A stretch of DNA of 63,739 nucleotides, counting the filler, from a bacterium (GTDB lineage Bacteria > JBDRGX01), in NCBI GenBank assembly GCA_043817485.1. It is 7 parts of 7 records of this genome, joined end to end, with 100 filler letters (N's around TTAATTAATTAA, not from the genome) between each part and the next. Parts side by side here need not be neighbours in the genome. Positions count along the whole stretch, not along the records: positions 25,513 to 43,485 come from JBDRGX010000047.1; positions 43,586 to 47,756 come from JBDRGX010000048.1; positions 47,857 to 52,966 come from JBDRGX010000049.1; 4 more parts are not named here. One strand, written 5' to 3'. The stretch's first letter is position 1, and each line of letters starts with the position of its first letter. Below are positions 41,418-51,923 of this stretch, one piece after another. The notes below the pieces were generated by a model. The model was not told the DNA's origin. It saw nothing but the letters and a program-made list of their open reading frames with translations, and made no database searches. A program made the position numbers and the translations under genes.

Positions 41418-42025
41418 TAATCATAACCTCGTATTTGTCGAAGAATTTCTTTTTCTTCATCAGTTATTTCTCTTATAACTTTGGCTGGAACACCAGCAAT
41501 AACAACATTTGATCCAAAAGAATTTAAAACTACAGCATTAGCACCAATTATAACATTATCTCCAATAGTAATATTTCCTAATATTTTTGCTCCAGCTCCA
41601 ATTAATACATTGTTTCCAATATAAGGCATTGGTAATCTTTTTTCTTTTGAAATAGCTGGTTTAGCATTACCAAGATTAACACCATTTAAAATCATTACAT
41701 TATTTCCTATTTTTACTCTTGAACCAATTACAGTTCCTTCTGCATGCATTAAATTAAATCTTTCTCCAATTTCTGCTTTATCATCAATTAAAATACCATA
41801 TCTACGAAGAGATCTATTCATAAATATTCTTACTAAAGTTTCTGAAAAACCATATTTACCATATTTATCATATATTTTTCTAATAATTCTATAAGTTATA
41901 TTTGATTGAAAATCTAATGAAAATAATAAAAGAGATAAAACATTTTTTAAATTAGGTGAAGCATAACAAACTTTAGCTTCATTTTTTATTATTTTCAATA
42001 ATGACCAATCTTTATAAAAATACAT
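41417..42025 (-). CDS. Serine-acetyltransferase-like hexapeptide acyltransferase
   Basis: Hexapeptide repeats, PYIGNNVLIGAGAKILG, AGVPAK. Confidence 0.85.
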   Translation of the reverse strand: MYFYKDWSLLKIIKNEAKVCYASPNLKNVLSLLLFSLDFQSNITYRIIRKIYDKYGKYGFSETLVRIFMNRSLRRYGILIDDKAEIGERFNLMHAEGTVIGSRVKIGNNVMILNGVNLGNAKPAISKEKRLPMPYIGNNVLIGAGAKILGNITIGDNVIIGANAVVLNSFGSNVVIAGVPAKVIREITDEEKEILRQIRGYD

Positions 42026-42071
42026 TTTTTTCTCCTATGTTAGAATATTAAAATAGCTTTAATTACTTGTA

Positions 42072-42094
42072 TAAACGCACTAATTTTGCGTTTA
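42072..42094. terminator. Small hairpin after the phosphoesterase gene
   Basis: taaacgca-ctaattt-tgcgttta. Confidence 0.45.
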
Positions 42095-42154
42095 CAAATA
42101 TTGCATAATAAAAGTTAGAATTATTCCAAATTATATTATATTTTAATATTTTTT

Positions 42155-43485
42155 TTATTTCAACATCAGCATTTTTTTACAATTTTGTGTTTTGTTGTTT
42201 ATAATTGTTTCATAAAAATACATTCCAGAACTTACTTCTTTTCCTAAATTATCTCTTCCATCCCAATATATACTATTACTTGCATTGTTTGTAATTACTT
42301 CTCTAACAACTTGACCAAGAATATTGTATATCTTTATTTTAACATTTAGATTTTGAGATTTGTTATTTGGTATTTCTATTGGTATATAACATTCTGGATT
42401 AAATGGATTTGGGTAATTTTTATTAATAAAATTCATAGAATCTTTATTATTATTTAAAGAAGTATCGCCTTCTACTGTTAATTTAATGGAACTTAATATA
42501 TCACCTTTAAAATAAGGCACACAATCATTAAAAGCAACTAATTTAAACTCTATTGTTTTCCCATCTACTTCTGCTTCTATAAAACATTGTTCACCTTTTC
42601 CCCAAACATCATTTTCTATAAGATCTAAATAATGTTTGTACTCTGGGTTATTATATAAGGAAAGAAATTGGCTACTATATGTCCAAGTTCCATTTGCACC
42701 ACCTGAAGGTACTTCTATGAAATACATACCATGTCTTAATGTTCTATAATACATATGTGCATGACCATGTAACAAGGTAATAGTAAAATATTTTTTATTG
42801 GGATATTTATTTGCAAGATAATCATATATTATTTGTAATTTTGCAGAATTATTACTATCATATCGATAACAAGGAGAATAAGCATCCATGTGTTGAAAAA
42901 TAATAATGTGATCTATTTTTCCAATAGCACTATTAAAAAGACCATCTAAGTAATTTTGTAATTCTATCTTTCGATCATCATTTATCCCTGTGGCATATTT
43001 ACCATTTCTATAAAAAAAATCATTACTATTTATACAAATAAACCGCACCTTTCCAAAATCAAAAAAATAATCCATTTTTTCTTTAGTTTGTCCAGGAAAT
43101 CCTGTTGCCTTTATATATTTATCAAAATCTTTTTCATTACTAACATCACAGTAAACTTCATGATTTCCAGGAGCAATAAAATGAGCAATTTGTGAATTAC
43201 TTGTTCCCCATAATTCTTCATATTTAGCCCAATCTTCTATATTTGTTCCAGCACCATACCAATTAATTACATCACCAGCATTTAGTAACAATTGAATATT
43301 TCTTTCTAATAAAGTAGATTGAAATATATTTGTTTTTGGAACATAGTCAGGACTATATTTCTCAAGAATCTCTCCTTGAATATATTTAGATACATGAAGA
43401 TCTGCTGTAACTCCAAATTTCCATTTTCCTACAGGAGAAGGTTTTTTGGATAAAACCTCCATAGGATTATATCCAAAAACATTAG
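42155..43485 (-). CDS. Secreted metallophosphoesterase with FlgD-Ig/T9SS-type tail (5'-truncated); paralog of 7803..9230
   Basis: ADLH, GDV, PGNHE, HGHAH; NYPNPFNP..YWDGRD..SSGMYFY; long identical peptide stretches with the other copy. Confidence 0.85.
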
Positions 43486-43585
43486 NNNNNNNNNNNNNNN
43501 NNNNNNNNNNNNNNNNNNNNNNNNNNNNNTTAATTAATTAANNNNNNNNNNNNNNNNNNNNNNNNNNNNNNNNNNNNNNNNNNNN

Positions 43586-43891
43586 ATTGGTACTAGTACA
43601 ATATTTCATTGGAATAAAAAAGTTTGTACTTTACTTATAATATTAGTTGGATTAGCTACAAAAATTTTTGCTCAAGTAATTATTTTGATTGGATTAATTC
43701 CTATAATAGGTCCATTCATAGCTCAAATATTATCATGGCCATTATTTTTTACACTTAATATTATTGCTTATTTAGTTACTCTTATTACAGTAAAAAGTGG
43801 TGGAAAAAAAGATATTATTAATACTAAAATATTGGTTACAATATTTTTGGCTGGTGTCATAATAGGTATTATCATAGGAAATTTATTATAA
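43586..43891 (+). CDS. Hypothetical membrane protein, 5'-truncated
   Basis: Open frame from contig start; hydrophobic helices; TAATG coupling to next gene. Confidence 0.6.
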   Translation: MGTSTIFHWNKKVCTLLIILVGLATKIFAQVIILIGLIPIIGPFIAQILSWPLFFTLNIIAYLVTLITVKSGGKKDIINTKILVTIFLAGVIIGIIIGNLL

Positions 43892-44982
43892 TGAAAAAAA
43901 TAGCTATTATTCATGATTGGTTAGTAAAAATGAGAGGAGGAGAAAAAGTATTAGAATCTTTATGTGAAATTTTTAAAGAAGCAGAAATTTTTACTTTAAT
44001 TTATGATGAAAAAAATATCTCTTCTTTAATAAAACAAAAAAAAATAAATACTTCTTTTCTTCAAAATTTTTTAGGAATTAAAAAACATTATCCTTTTTAT
44101 CTTCCTTTATTTCCTCTTGCTATAGAACAATTTAATTTGAAAAAATTTGATTTAATTATTAGTAGTAGTCATTGCGTAGCAAAAGGAATTATTCCTCATT
44201 CTGATACTTGTCATATTTCATACATTTATACACCTGCAAGATATATTTGGGACTTTTATTTTGATCATTTTGAAAATAAAAATCCTTTTAAAAAAATTTT
44301 TATTCCTTTAATAATTAATTATCTTCGTATTTGGGATGTTATTTCTTCTTATAGAGTAGATTATTTCATTGCTTGCTCTGAATATATAAAAATGAAAATA
44401 GAAAAATATTATCGTAAAACATCTACAGTAATTTATCCTCCTATAGATACATCTTTTTTTACTCCAGAAAATGTAAATGAAAATTATTATTTAATTGTAA
44501 GCGCTCTTACTCCTTATAAAAAAATAGATATAGCTATTAAATCTTTTAATAAATTAAACCTTCCTCTTATTATTATAGGAAATGGATCAGAACAAAAAAA
44601 ACTTAAAAAAATGGCAAACAAAAATATTAAATTTCTAAACTGGCAATCAAATATAGAAATTAAAAAATATTATGCTTATGCAAAAGCTTTAATTTTTCCA
44701 ATGCAAGAAGATTTTGGGATAAGTTCATTAGAATCACAATCTTGTGGAAGACCTGTTATTGCTTATAAAAAAGGTGGTAGTTTAGAAACTATTATAGAAA
44801 ATAAAACTGGAATATTTTTTGAAGAGCAAAATGAAGATTCTCTTATAGAAGCAGTATTAAAATTTCAAAAAATGAAATTTGATAAACAAAAAATTAGAGA
44901 ACATTCTTTAACTTTTGACAAAGAAATATTTAACCAAAAATTTAAAAATTTTGTGAAAGAAAAAACTAATTTTAACTTATGA
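43891..44982 (+). CDS. Glycosyltransferase family 4
   Basis: HDWL..RGGEKV, SSSHCVAKG, EDFG...ESQSCG.PV. Confidence 0.92.
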   Translation: MKKIAIIHDWLVKMRGGEKVLESLCEIFKEAEIFTLIYDEKNISSLIKQKKINTSFLQNFLGIKKHYPFYLPLFPLAIEQFNLKKFDLIISSSHCVAKGIIPHSDTCHISYIYTPARYIWDFYFDHFENKNPFKKIFIPLIINYLRIWDVISSYRVDYFIACSEYIKMKIEKYYRKTSTVIYPPIDTSFFTPENVNENYYLIVSALTPYKKIDIAIKSFNKLNLPLIIIGNGSEQKKLKKMANKNIKFLNWQSNIEIKKYYAYAKALIFPMQEDFGISSLESQSCGRPVIAYKKGGSLETIIENKTGIFFEEQNEDSLIEAVLKFQKMKFDKQKIREHSLTFDKEIFNQKFKNFVKEKTNFNL

Positions 44983-45713
44983 TAAATATTCACCGTTTTT
45001 TTGTAAAACCAGAAAATATAAATGAAAATAATATTACTATATTAGATGAAGAATTTTATCATCTTCATAATGTACTTCGATTGAAAATAAACGATAAAAT
45101 ATTAATTTGTGATAATACTGGAAAAGAATATATAGTAGTTTTGCAAAAAATTTCAAATTCTTATGCAGAAGGTAAAATAGAAAATTGCTCTATATCTATA
45201 ACAGAGCCAAAAGTAAAAATTACTTTAGCTCAATCTATTCCTAAAGCAAAAAAAATGGATTTTATTATTGAAAAAAATACTGAATTAGGTATAACACAAA
45301 TTATCCCTTTAATAACTCATAGATGTGTTGTAAATATAAAAAATGAAATTTTGCGTTATAATCGTTGGGAAGAAATAGCTAAAAATGCTGCCAAACAATC
45401 TCAAAGAGCAATTATTCCTAAAATAGAAAAAATTACTTCAATAAAGGAATTAGATTTAAAAGAATATGATTTAATTATTGTTCCTTATGAAAATGAAAAA
45501 AATAATTTAAAAAATATATTAAAAAATTTAAAAGAAAAAATAAAAAATATAATAATTTTTATTGGACCAGAAGGTGGTTTTGAAAAAGAAGAAATAATGT
45601 TTTTACAAGAACAAAAAGGAATATCAGTTTCTTTAGGTAAACGAATTTTAAAAACAGAAACTGCTAGTATAACTACTCTTTCTATAATATTATATGAATT
45701 AGGAGAATTATAA
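44979..45713 (+). CDS. rsmE: 16S rRNA m3U1498 methyltransferase
   Basis: HLHNVLR, K.TELG, IGPEGGF, LGKRILKTETA. Confidence 0.95.
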   Translation: MINIHRFFVKPENINENNITILDEEFYHLHNVLRLKINDKILICDNTGKEYIVVLQKISNSYAEGKIENCSISITEPKVKITLAQSIPKAKKMDFIIEKNTELGITQIIPLITHRCVVNIKNEILRYNRWEEIAKNAAKQSQRAIIPKIEKITSIKELDLKEYDLIIVPYENEKNNLKNILKNLKEKIKNIIIFIGPEGGFEKEEIMFLQEQKGISVSLGKRILKTETASITTLSIILYELGEL

Positions 45714-46930
45714 TGAAAAAAAATATTTTACTTTCCATTTTAATATTTGTTGGAATCATTACAATATATTTAATTGCAGAACAACAAATAATAAATTTTG
45801 TCAATTCTGAAACAATAGCTCGAGGAAAAATATTAGTAAATAATTTTACTTACAATGCACAAACTCCATTAAATAAAAAAGATGATATTTCTCTTTATTT
45901 TCTTATTTCTCAAATAATGAAAAATAATGATGTAATTTATGCAAAAATTATTGATAATACTAATACTATTGTTGCTACTAATAATAGTGATGAACTTAAT
46001 AAAAAATACATTTGTCCTAAAAAAAAATTAGATAATAATACATTTACTTTGAAAAAATCTCTTATTGATTGTGCTGAAATTATTAAAAATGAAAATGAAA
46101 AAATAGGAGAAATTCACATTGGAATTTCTAATGTAAATATTGTAAAAAATATAAAAAACCATAGAAAAAAAAATATAAGTATTCTTTTTATTTTTTATAT
46201 TTTAGGAGCATTTATTGTTTTAATTTTATCAAAATTTTTCAAAATTTCTAAATTGAGAAAAAAAATACCATTAATTGTTTCAAAAGGTCATTTTGGATAC
46301 AAAATTGCTATTTATTCTCATGCAAAAACAAACAAAGAAAATAATTTATTTAAACAAATAAATTATCATTTAAAAGAAAAAATAAAAACTCTTTCAAATG
46401 AAAAAATAGAAAAAATTTTAATTTATTTGCAAAACGAAAAACAATTTTTAAATTTAGATGAAAAAATAGAACTTAATTTATCTTTGATGAATTTAAATGA
46501 ATCTATTGAAAAAAATATTCAACTATTTGATACAGAAATTGTAAAAAAAAATATACATTTATCTTTTTATTTAACTCCAGATTTAGAAGAAATTTTAGTA
46601 GATGAAAATAAAATAAATTCTGCATTTCAAAAATTAATTTCAAATGCTTTTTATTTTCTTTCTGTTAAACAAGATTTAACAATTTCTACGGAATACAAAA
46701 CAAAAGAATTTGTAAATATTAAACTTTCTTATACAGGAAAAGGCATCAAAAAAAAATATATCAATGAAATTTTTAATCCAGATTTTTTCATAGGAACATA
46801 TAATTTAGGATTAGATTTATTTATTATCTATAGAATCATTGAAGCACATGAAGGAAGTATAGAAATAGAAAGTAATTATCAAAAAGGAACTACTTTTGAA
46901 ATTATTTTACCAATAAAAAAATTAAAATGA
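45713..46930 (+). CDS. Membrane sensor with degenerate histidine-kinase ATPase domain
   Basis: Two TM segments; LISNA, YTGKGI, LGLDL, HEGSI..GTTFEI; no clear H-box. Confidence 0.7.
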   Translation: MKKNILLSILIFVGIITIYLIAEQQIINFVNSETIARGKILVNNFTYNAQTPLNKKDDISLYFLISQIMKNNDVIYAKIIDNTNTIVATNNSDELNKKYICPKKKLDNNTFTLKKSLIDCAEIIKNENEKIGEIHIGISNVNIVKNIKNHRKKNISILFIFYILGAFIVLILSKFFKISKLRKKIPLIVSKGHFGYKIAIYSHAKTNKENNLFKQINYHLKEKIKTLSNEKIEKILIYLQNEKQFLNLDEKIELNLSLMNLNESIEKNIQLFDTEIVKKNIHLSFYLTPDLEEILVDENKINSAFQKLISNAFYFLSVKQDLTISTEYKTKEFVNIKLSYTGKGIKKKYINEIFNPDFFIGTYNLGLDLFIIYRIIEAHEGSIEIESNYQKGTTFEIILPIKKLK

Positions 46931-47217
46931 AAAATATAATTTGTTTTGAATGTAAATTTTATAAAAAAATAAGTGAAAAAATTGGAGATTGTTTTGGGTT
47001 TAAAATATCTCATTATAGAAATGTTTTAGATTGTCCAGAAAAAGCATTTGTTCCAAAAGAACAAGGAGATACAAAAATTTCGAATATTTGCGAAAATTGT
47101 TATTTTTATCAACCTTCATCTTTAAATTCTAAAAAAGGGATATGTTATGATGGCCATGAAGTTGCTTGGAATAAAAAAGCTAATTCTTGTCCTCAAAATG
47201 TATTCAAAAAAAAATAA
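46927..47217 (+). CDS. Small 8-Cys protein with an internally duplicated metal/Fe-S motif
   Basis: Two copies of CxxCxFY..GxC..CP...F. Confidence 0.7.
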   Translation: MKNIICFECKFYKKISEKIGDCFGFKISHYRNVLDCPEKAFVPKEQGDTKISNICENCYFYQPSSLNSKKGICYDGHEVAWNKKANSCPQNVFKKK

Positions 47218-47220
47218 TAT

Positions 47221-47756
47221 TTATTCTTTAATAGATTTTACCTCAATTTTCAACATTTTTTTTGTTTCATTTGTAATTTTTCCTATTTCTGAAGTTCTAT
47301 ATCCAATAATCCAAAAAATATTTTTACTATCACAAAAAAAAGAAATTTTATTTCTCATATCTTTTGGTATTTTTTCATTAATAAAAAAATCACTTAATTT
47401 TTGATAACTATTCATTCCTAATGGAATAAATTTATCTCCTTTGTGTTTATTACGAATAAAAAAAGGTAAAGATATTTTATTATAATCTAAATAAATTACT
47501 TGATTATTTTTAGATTGTAATTTTATTTCTTTTAATGGACCTACAGGTAAAATAGAAATTGTAATTTTTATTTTTAATTTTGGAATAATAGTTGTGCCTA
47601 AAGAATCAATTTTAAAACAATATTCAGATATTTTTTGAAGTTTTTCTTTTTCAATTATCAAATCTTCATATTGTTTTTTAATAACAATTTTATTAGGTAA
47701 GTTTATAAAAGAAGTAGTTTTGCCATTTTTTAAAAATAAAATAATATTCTCTAAAT
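47221..47756 (-). CDS. tilS: tRNA(Ile)-lysidine synthase, C-terminal part (5'-truncated)
   Basis: RN..GDKFIPLGM...KLSDFFINEKIP...R, IFWIIGYR. Confidence 0.88.
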
Positions 47757-47896
47757 NNNNNNNNNNNNNNNNNNNNNNNNNNNNNNNNNNNNNNNNNNNN
47801 TTAATTAATTAANNNNNNNNNNNNNNNNNNNNNNNNNNNNNNNNNNNNNNNNNNNNTTCATAGTAACTCCATTCATGAATAACCTCCTTTTATTTA

Positions 47897-47994
47897 TATA
47901 TTTTTATTTATATATTTATAAAAGATTATTCTTTTACAAAAAATTAACATTTCTATTTAGTAATTATCGTTAACATTTTGATTTAGTAATCACA
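47897..47994. repeat. Second copy of the 98-bp block at 1..98
   Basis: Identical sequence; flanked on its left by a minus-strand AGGAGG RBS and ATG (MNGVTM..) running off the contig. Confidence 0.85.
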
Positions 47995-48075
47995 GTATTA
48001 ATTTTTTTCTTGACATATTTAACATATTAATAATAAATTTATACAAAAACAACAAAAATAAGGAGATAATTTTAT

Positions 48076-48552
48076 ATGGAAATATTTGATTTTTTAAGTA
48101 AAGATGCTATTATTATGGATTTTCAAGCTAAAAATAAAGATGATGCTATTAAAAAATTGGTAAATTTTTTAGTAGAAATAAAAGCAATTGAAAAAGTTAA
48201 ATCTACTATTTTAAAAGTACAAGAAAGAGAAAGTTTAGGGAGTACAGCACTTGGAAATGGAGTAGCTATTCCTCATGCTAAATCAAAAGATATTAAAAAA
48301 ATAACTGGTGTTTTAGCAATTTCTTCAAAAGGAGTTGATTTTAAATCATTAGATGGAGAGTTATCACATATTTTTTTTCTTTTACTATCACCTCTTGATG
48401 TTTCTAATTTTCATTTAAAAGCATTATCAATCATTGCTCGATTATTAAAAAATAAATTTTGCCGAAATGATATTTTAAATGCTAAAAATAAAGATGAAAT
48501 AATTAAAATAATTGAAAAAGAAACAAAATTATTAGTGCAGGAAAATAAATGA
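48076..48552 (+). CDS. ptsN: PTS IIA (Fru/Ntr-type) protein
   Basis: RESLGSTALGNGVAIPHAK, DFKSLDG, HLKAL..IAR. Confidence 0.88.
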   Translation: MEIFDFLSKDAIIMDFQAKNKDDAIKKLVNFLVEIKAIEKVKSTILKVQERESLGSTALGNGVAIPHAKSKDIKKITGVLAISSKGVDFKSLDGELSHIFFLLLSPLDVSNFHLKALSIIARLLKNKFCRNDILNAKNKDEIIKIIEKETKLLVQENK

Positions 48553-49490
48553 ATAAAATAACTGTAAAAAATTTTTATGAAGAAGAGAAAAAAACACTTC
48601 AATTAAAATTAGTTTATGGGAAAGAGGGATTTTCTAATATTGTTGAACATGCAGAAGTTAATAGAGTAGGATTATTTTTATCTGGATATTTTGATTATTT
48701 TCCTTATGAAAGAATTCAAATTTTAGGGAAAGCAGAAATTTCTTATTTGAATTCTTTAGAATCTAAAAAAAGAGAAGAAATTTTAAAAAAACTTTTTGAT
48801 TATAAAATTCCTTGTTTAATTATTGCTCATGATATGAAAATACCTTCTGAAATAAAAAAAATAGAAAATGCAAAAAAAATTCCTATTTTTAAAACAAAAT
48901 TATCTACATTTAGAATAATAAATGCTTTAACTATTTATTTAGAAGAAAAAATTGCTTTTCAAATAACTATGCCAGGTTCAGTATTAGAAGTATATGGTAT
49001 TGGAATTTTACTTTTAGGAAAAGCTGGAGTAGGTAAAAGTGAGTGTGCAATATCTTTAATAGAAAGAAAACATCGATTAATTTCTGATGATGCTGTTGTT
49101 CTTAAAAAATTACCTAATGGAGTATTATTAGGTTGTAGTTCTGATGTAGTAAAGCATTGTATGGAATTACGAGGATTAGGAATTGTAGATATTAAAGAAT
49201 TGTATGGAATAAGTGCTGTTAAAAATAAAGTATCTATTGAATTAGTTATTTCATTTAAGGAATGGAACATAGAAAGAGAATACGATAGAATAGGGTTACA
49301 AGAAAAAGATATAACTATTTTAGGAATAAAAATACCTAAAGTAGTTATTCCAATAAAACCTGGAAGAAATTTAGCATCTCTTGTAGAAGTTGCAGTAATG
49401 AATCATCGACTAAAAAGTATGGGAATTTATTCGGCTCGAGAAATAAATAAAAATCTTTCTGATATTTTACGCAAAAAAACAGAAAAATAA
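48549..49490 (+). CDS. hprK: HPr kinase/phosphorylase
   Basis: RIQILG..E, GKAGVGKSE, HRLISDD, MELRGLGI, PGRNLA. Confidence 0.95.
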   Translation: MNKITVKNFYEEEKKTLQLKLVYGKEGFSNIVEHAEVNRVGLFLSGYFDYFPYERIQILGKAEISYLNSLESKKREEILKKLFDYKIPCLIIAHDMKIPSEIKKIENAKKIPIFKTKLSTFRIINALTIYLEEKIAFQITMPGSVLEVYGIGILLLGKAGVGKSECAISLIERKHRLISDDAVVLKKLPNGVLLGCSSDVVKHCMELRGLGIVDIKELYGISAVKNKVSIELVISFKEWNIEREYDRIGLQEKDITILGIKIPKVVIPIKPGRNLASLVEVAVMNHRLKSMGIYSAREINKNLSDILRKKTEK

Positions 49491-49498
49491 ATTTTATT

Positions 49499-50647
49499 GT
49501 GAATAAAAAAATAGAATCAAAAGAAAATACAAATCTTTTAAAAAAAACTTTTCAAAAAAATAATATTTTTCTTTTTGGAATAGCTGATTTAGAAAATATT
49601 AAAAAAAATCATAATTATTCAAATGAACTTTTAAATGATTTTAATTTTGGAATATCTATAGGTTGCGCACTTTCTTTTTCAATTCTTAAATTAATCAAAA
49701 ATACCCCTACCTCATTATATCTTTATCATTATAAGCGAGTAAATATTTTTCTTGATGATATAGCATTAAAAATATCTGGAATTATTCAACAAAAAGGATA
49801 TAATGCTTTACCAGTTCCCTCTTCTCATATTACTGATTGGCAAATAATGGAAGGAGATTATTCTCATAGACAAATTGCTTTATATGCTGGATTGGGATGG
49901 AGAGGTAGAAATAATCTTTTAGTTAATCCAATTTTTGGAGCACAAATTAGATTAGTAAGTGTTTTAACAAATATGCCTTTACTTGCCAATACTCCTTTAA
50001 ATACAAATTGTAAAAATTGTTTTGCTTGTGTTAATGTTTGTCCAGCTAAAGCAATAAAAGAAAATAGTTTTGATTTAGATAAATGCAAAGAGCAACTTAA
50101 TCTTTTTTCAAAAGAAGTAGGTGTTAGTGTTTGTGGAATATGTGTAAAAGTATGTTCAAGAAAAGGGAATAAAAATAAGCTAAAAATTATTTGTCCAGAT
50201 TGTAAAGAAGAATTAGAAAGTGTAGTCTACCAAGATATCATTATTAGTAAATGTTTAAAATGTAATAGTTTTTGGTTAAACAAATATGAATTATATAAAA
50301 TTCAGAATGAAAAAAATATAGAAAATTTAGAAAAAATACATTCTTTTAAAAAAAAATCTTTTGAAATAAAAAAAAGTGAAAAATATTGTCCTCAATGTCA
50401 ATCTATTTTATATCAAGTAAAATATTTAAACTATAATATTATTGTAGAAGCATGTAAAGATTGTTTAGGAATGTTGTTAAATAAAGAATCTTTTGATAAA
50501 ATTCATAAATATATTAAAGATTATCCTTTTGATTTAAAACTTGATTTAGAAGAAAAAGAAGAAATAAAAAATATGATTATTGTAATAAAAGTGTTTGCTA
50601 TTAAAATAGCATTGCATTGTAGTAAGCAAATAGAGAATATGGAATAG
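49499..50647 (+). CDS. QueG/reductive-dehalogenase-like Fe-S domain fused to two TFIIB-like zinc ribbons
   Basis: SHRQIA.YAGLGWRGRNNLL..P.FG..IRL, CKNCFACVNVCP, CGICVKVC; then two CPxC..CxxC modules. Confidence 0.75.
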   Translation: MNKKIESKENTNLLKKTFQKNNIFLFGIADLENIKKNHNYSNELLNDFNFGISIGCALSFSILKLIKNTPTSLYLYHYKRVNIFLDDIALKISGIIQQKGYNALPVPSSHITDWQIMEGDYSHRQIALYAGLGWRGRNNLLVNPIFGAQIRLVSVLTNMPLLANTPLNTNCKNCFACVNVCPAKAIKENSFDLDKCKEQLNLFSKEVGVSVCGICVKVCSRKGNKNKLKIICPDCKEELESVVYQDIIISKCLKCNSFWLNKYELYKIQNEKNIENLEKIHSFKKKSFEIKKSEKYCPQCQSILYQVKYLNYNIIVEACKDCLGMLLNKESFDKIHKYIKDYPFDLKLDLEEKEEIKNMIIVIKVFAIKIALHCSKQIENME

Positions 50648-50751
50648 TGGTAAATGTAGACTTTGTTTTTTCAGAAATTATTTTTTTGTTTTAAACATTT
50701 GTATTTGTTTTAAATTGAAAATTGAAAATTTATTTTGAGTTTAAATATCTA

Positions 50752-51903
50752 TTATTTCGCATTAAAATTAATATTTGAAAATTGTTTTACACCAATATTT
50801 TTTTCTTCACTTGTAATTACTAATCTTTCAATAATATTTTTTAATTCTTTGACATTTCCTGTCCAATGATATTTTTTTAAAATTTCTATTCCTTCATCAG
50901 AAATTTCTTTTTTAAATATTCCTTCTTTTTCACAAATTTGTTTAATAAAATATTTAGATAAATTAGAAATTTCTTCTTTTCTTTCTTTTAAAGAAGGAAT
51001 ATAAATAACTGTAGTATTTGTTTCGTTAAATTTTAATTTTCCTATTTGAAGATTTTTTCTTATATCAAAAGTTGTAGAAAAAATTATTTTTGTTTCAAGA
51101 TTTATTGGTTCTAATCCTCCAATTCTTTGAAAAACTTTTTTTTTAATAGTATATAATAATTTTTCTTGTAAAGGTAAAGGGATAGAATCAATTTCATTTA
51201 AAAATAAAATTCCATTTTGATTTAATTCAAGTTCTCCTCTATGTCGGTTTTTTGCTTCAACAAAAGCTCCTTTTTCATAGCCAAATAATTTTAATTCCAA
51301 AGCATTTTCTGAAAAATTTTGGCAATTTAATACAGAAAAAGATAAAGCAGAAATATGTTTATAAATTAAAAATCCAGATAATCTTTTCCCTACTCCTTTT
51401 TCTCCTATAATTAAAACATTGTTATTATTAGATTTAATTTCTTTTAATTTAGAAAAAACTTCTTCTTTTAATTTTTTACTAATTACCATTTCTTTTTCTT
51501 CTAATAAGTTTTTGAATTTTTCATTTTCTTCTTTTAATTTTTTTAAAACTAAAGCATTATAAACATAATTTAGCACTATATCTAAAGAAAGTGGTTTATT
51601 GATAAAAGCATAGGCTCCAAATTTTATAACTTGCCTAATAATTTCTGAATTTCCATGCCCAGAAATAATTATAATTGGCAATTTTGGATCAATAGATTTT
51701 ATTTCTTTTAAAGTTTCTATTCCATCTATTCCGTACATAAAAATATCTAATAAAACTAAATCAAAAACAGAATTTCTAATTATTTCAAGGGCTTCAATTC
51801 CATTTCTACTTATTTCTACTTGATAACCTGCATCAGAAAGAATTCCTTTTAAAGAAGAACATATATTTATTTCATCATCTATTACTAATATATTAGCTTT
51901 CAT
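50752..51903 (-). CDS. NtrX/NtrC-like response regulator with degenerate AAA+ domain and no evident HTH
   Basis: REC (VIDDE, LLDIFM, SGHG, KP), GEKGVGK, LFGYEKGAFVEA, LFLNEI, WTGNVKELKN. Confidence 0.85.
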   Translation of the reverse strand: MKANILVIDDEINICSSLKGILSDAGYQVEISRNGIEALEIIRNSVFDLVLLDIFMYGIDGIETLKEIKSIDPKLPIIIISGHGNSEIIRQVIKFGAYAFINKPLSLDIVLNYVYNALVLKKLKEENEKFKNLLEEKEMVISKKLKEEVFSKLKEIKSNNNNVLIIGEKGVGKRLSGFLIYKHISALSFSVLNCQNFSENALELKLFGYEKGAFVEAKNRHRGELELNQNGILFLNEIDSIPLPLQEKLLYTIKKKVFQRIGGLEPINLETKIIFSTTFDIRKNLQIGKLKFNETNTTVIYIPSLKERKEEISNLSKYFIKQICEKEGIFKKEISDEGIEILKKYHWTGNVKELKNIIERLVITSEEKNIGVKQFSNINFNAK

Positions 51904-51923
51904 AAAATGCCTCCATTAGAGTA

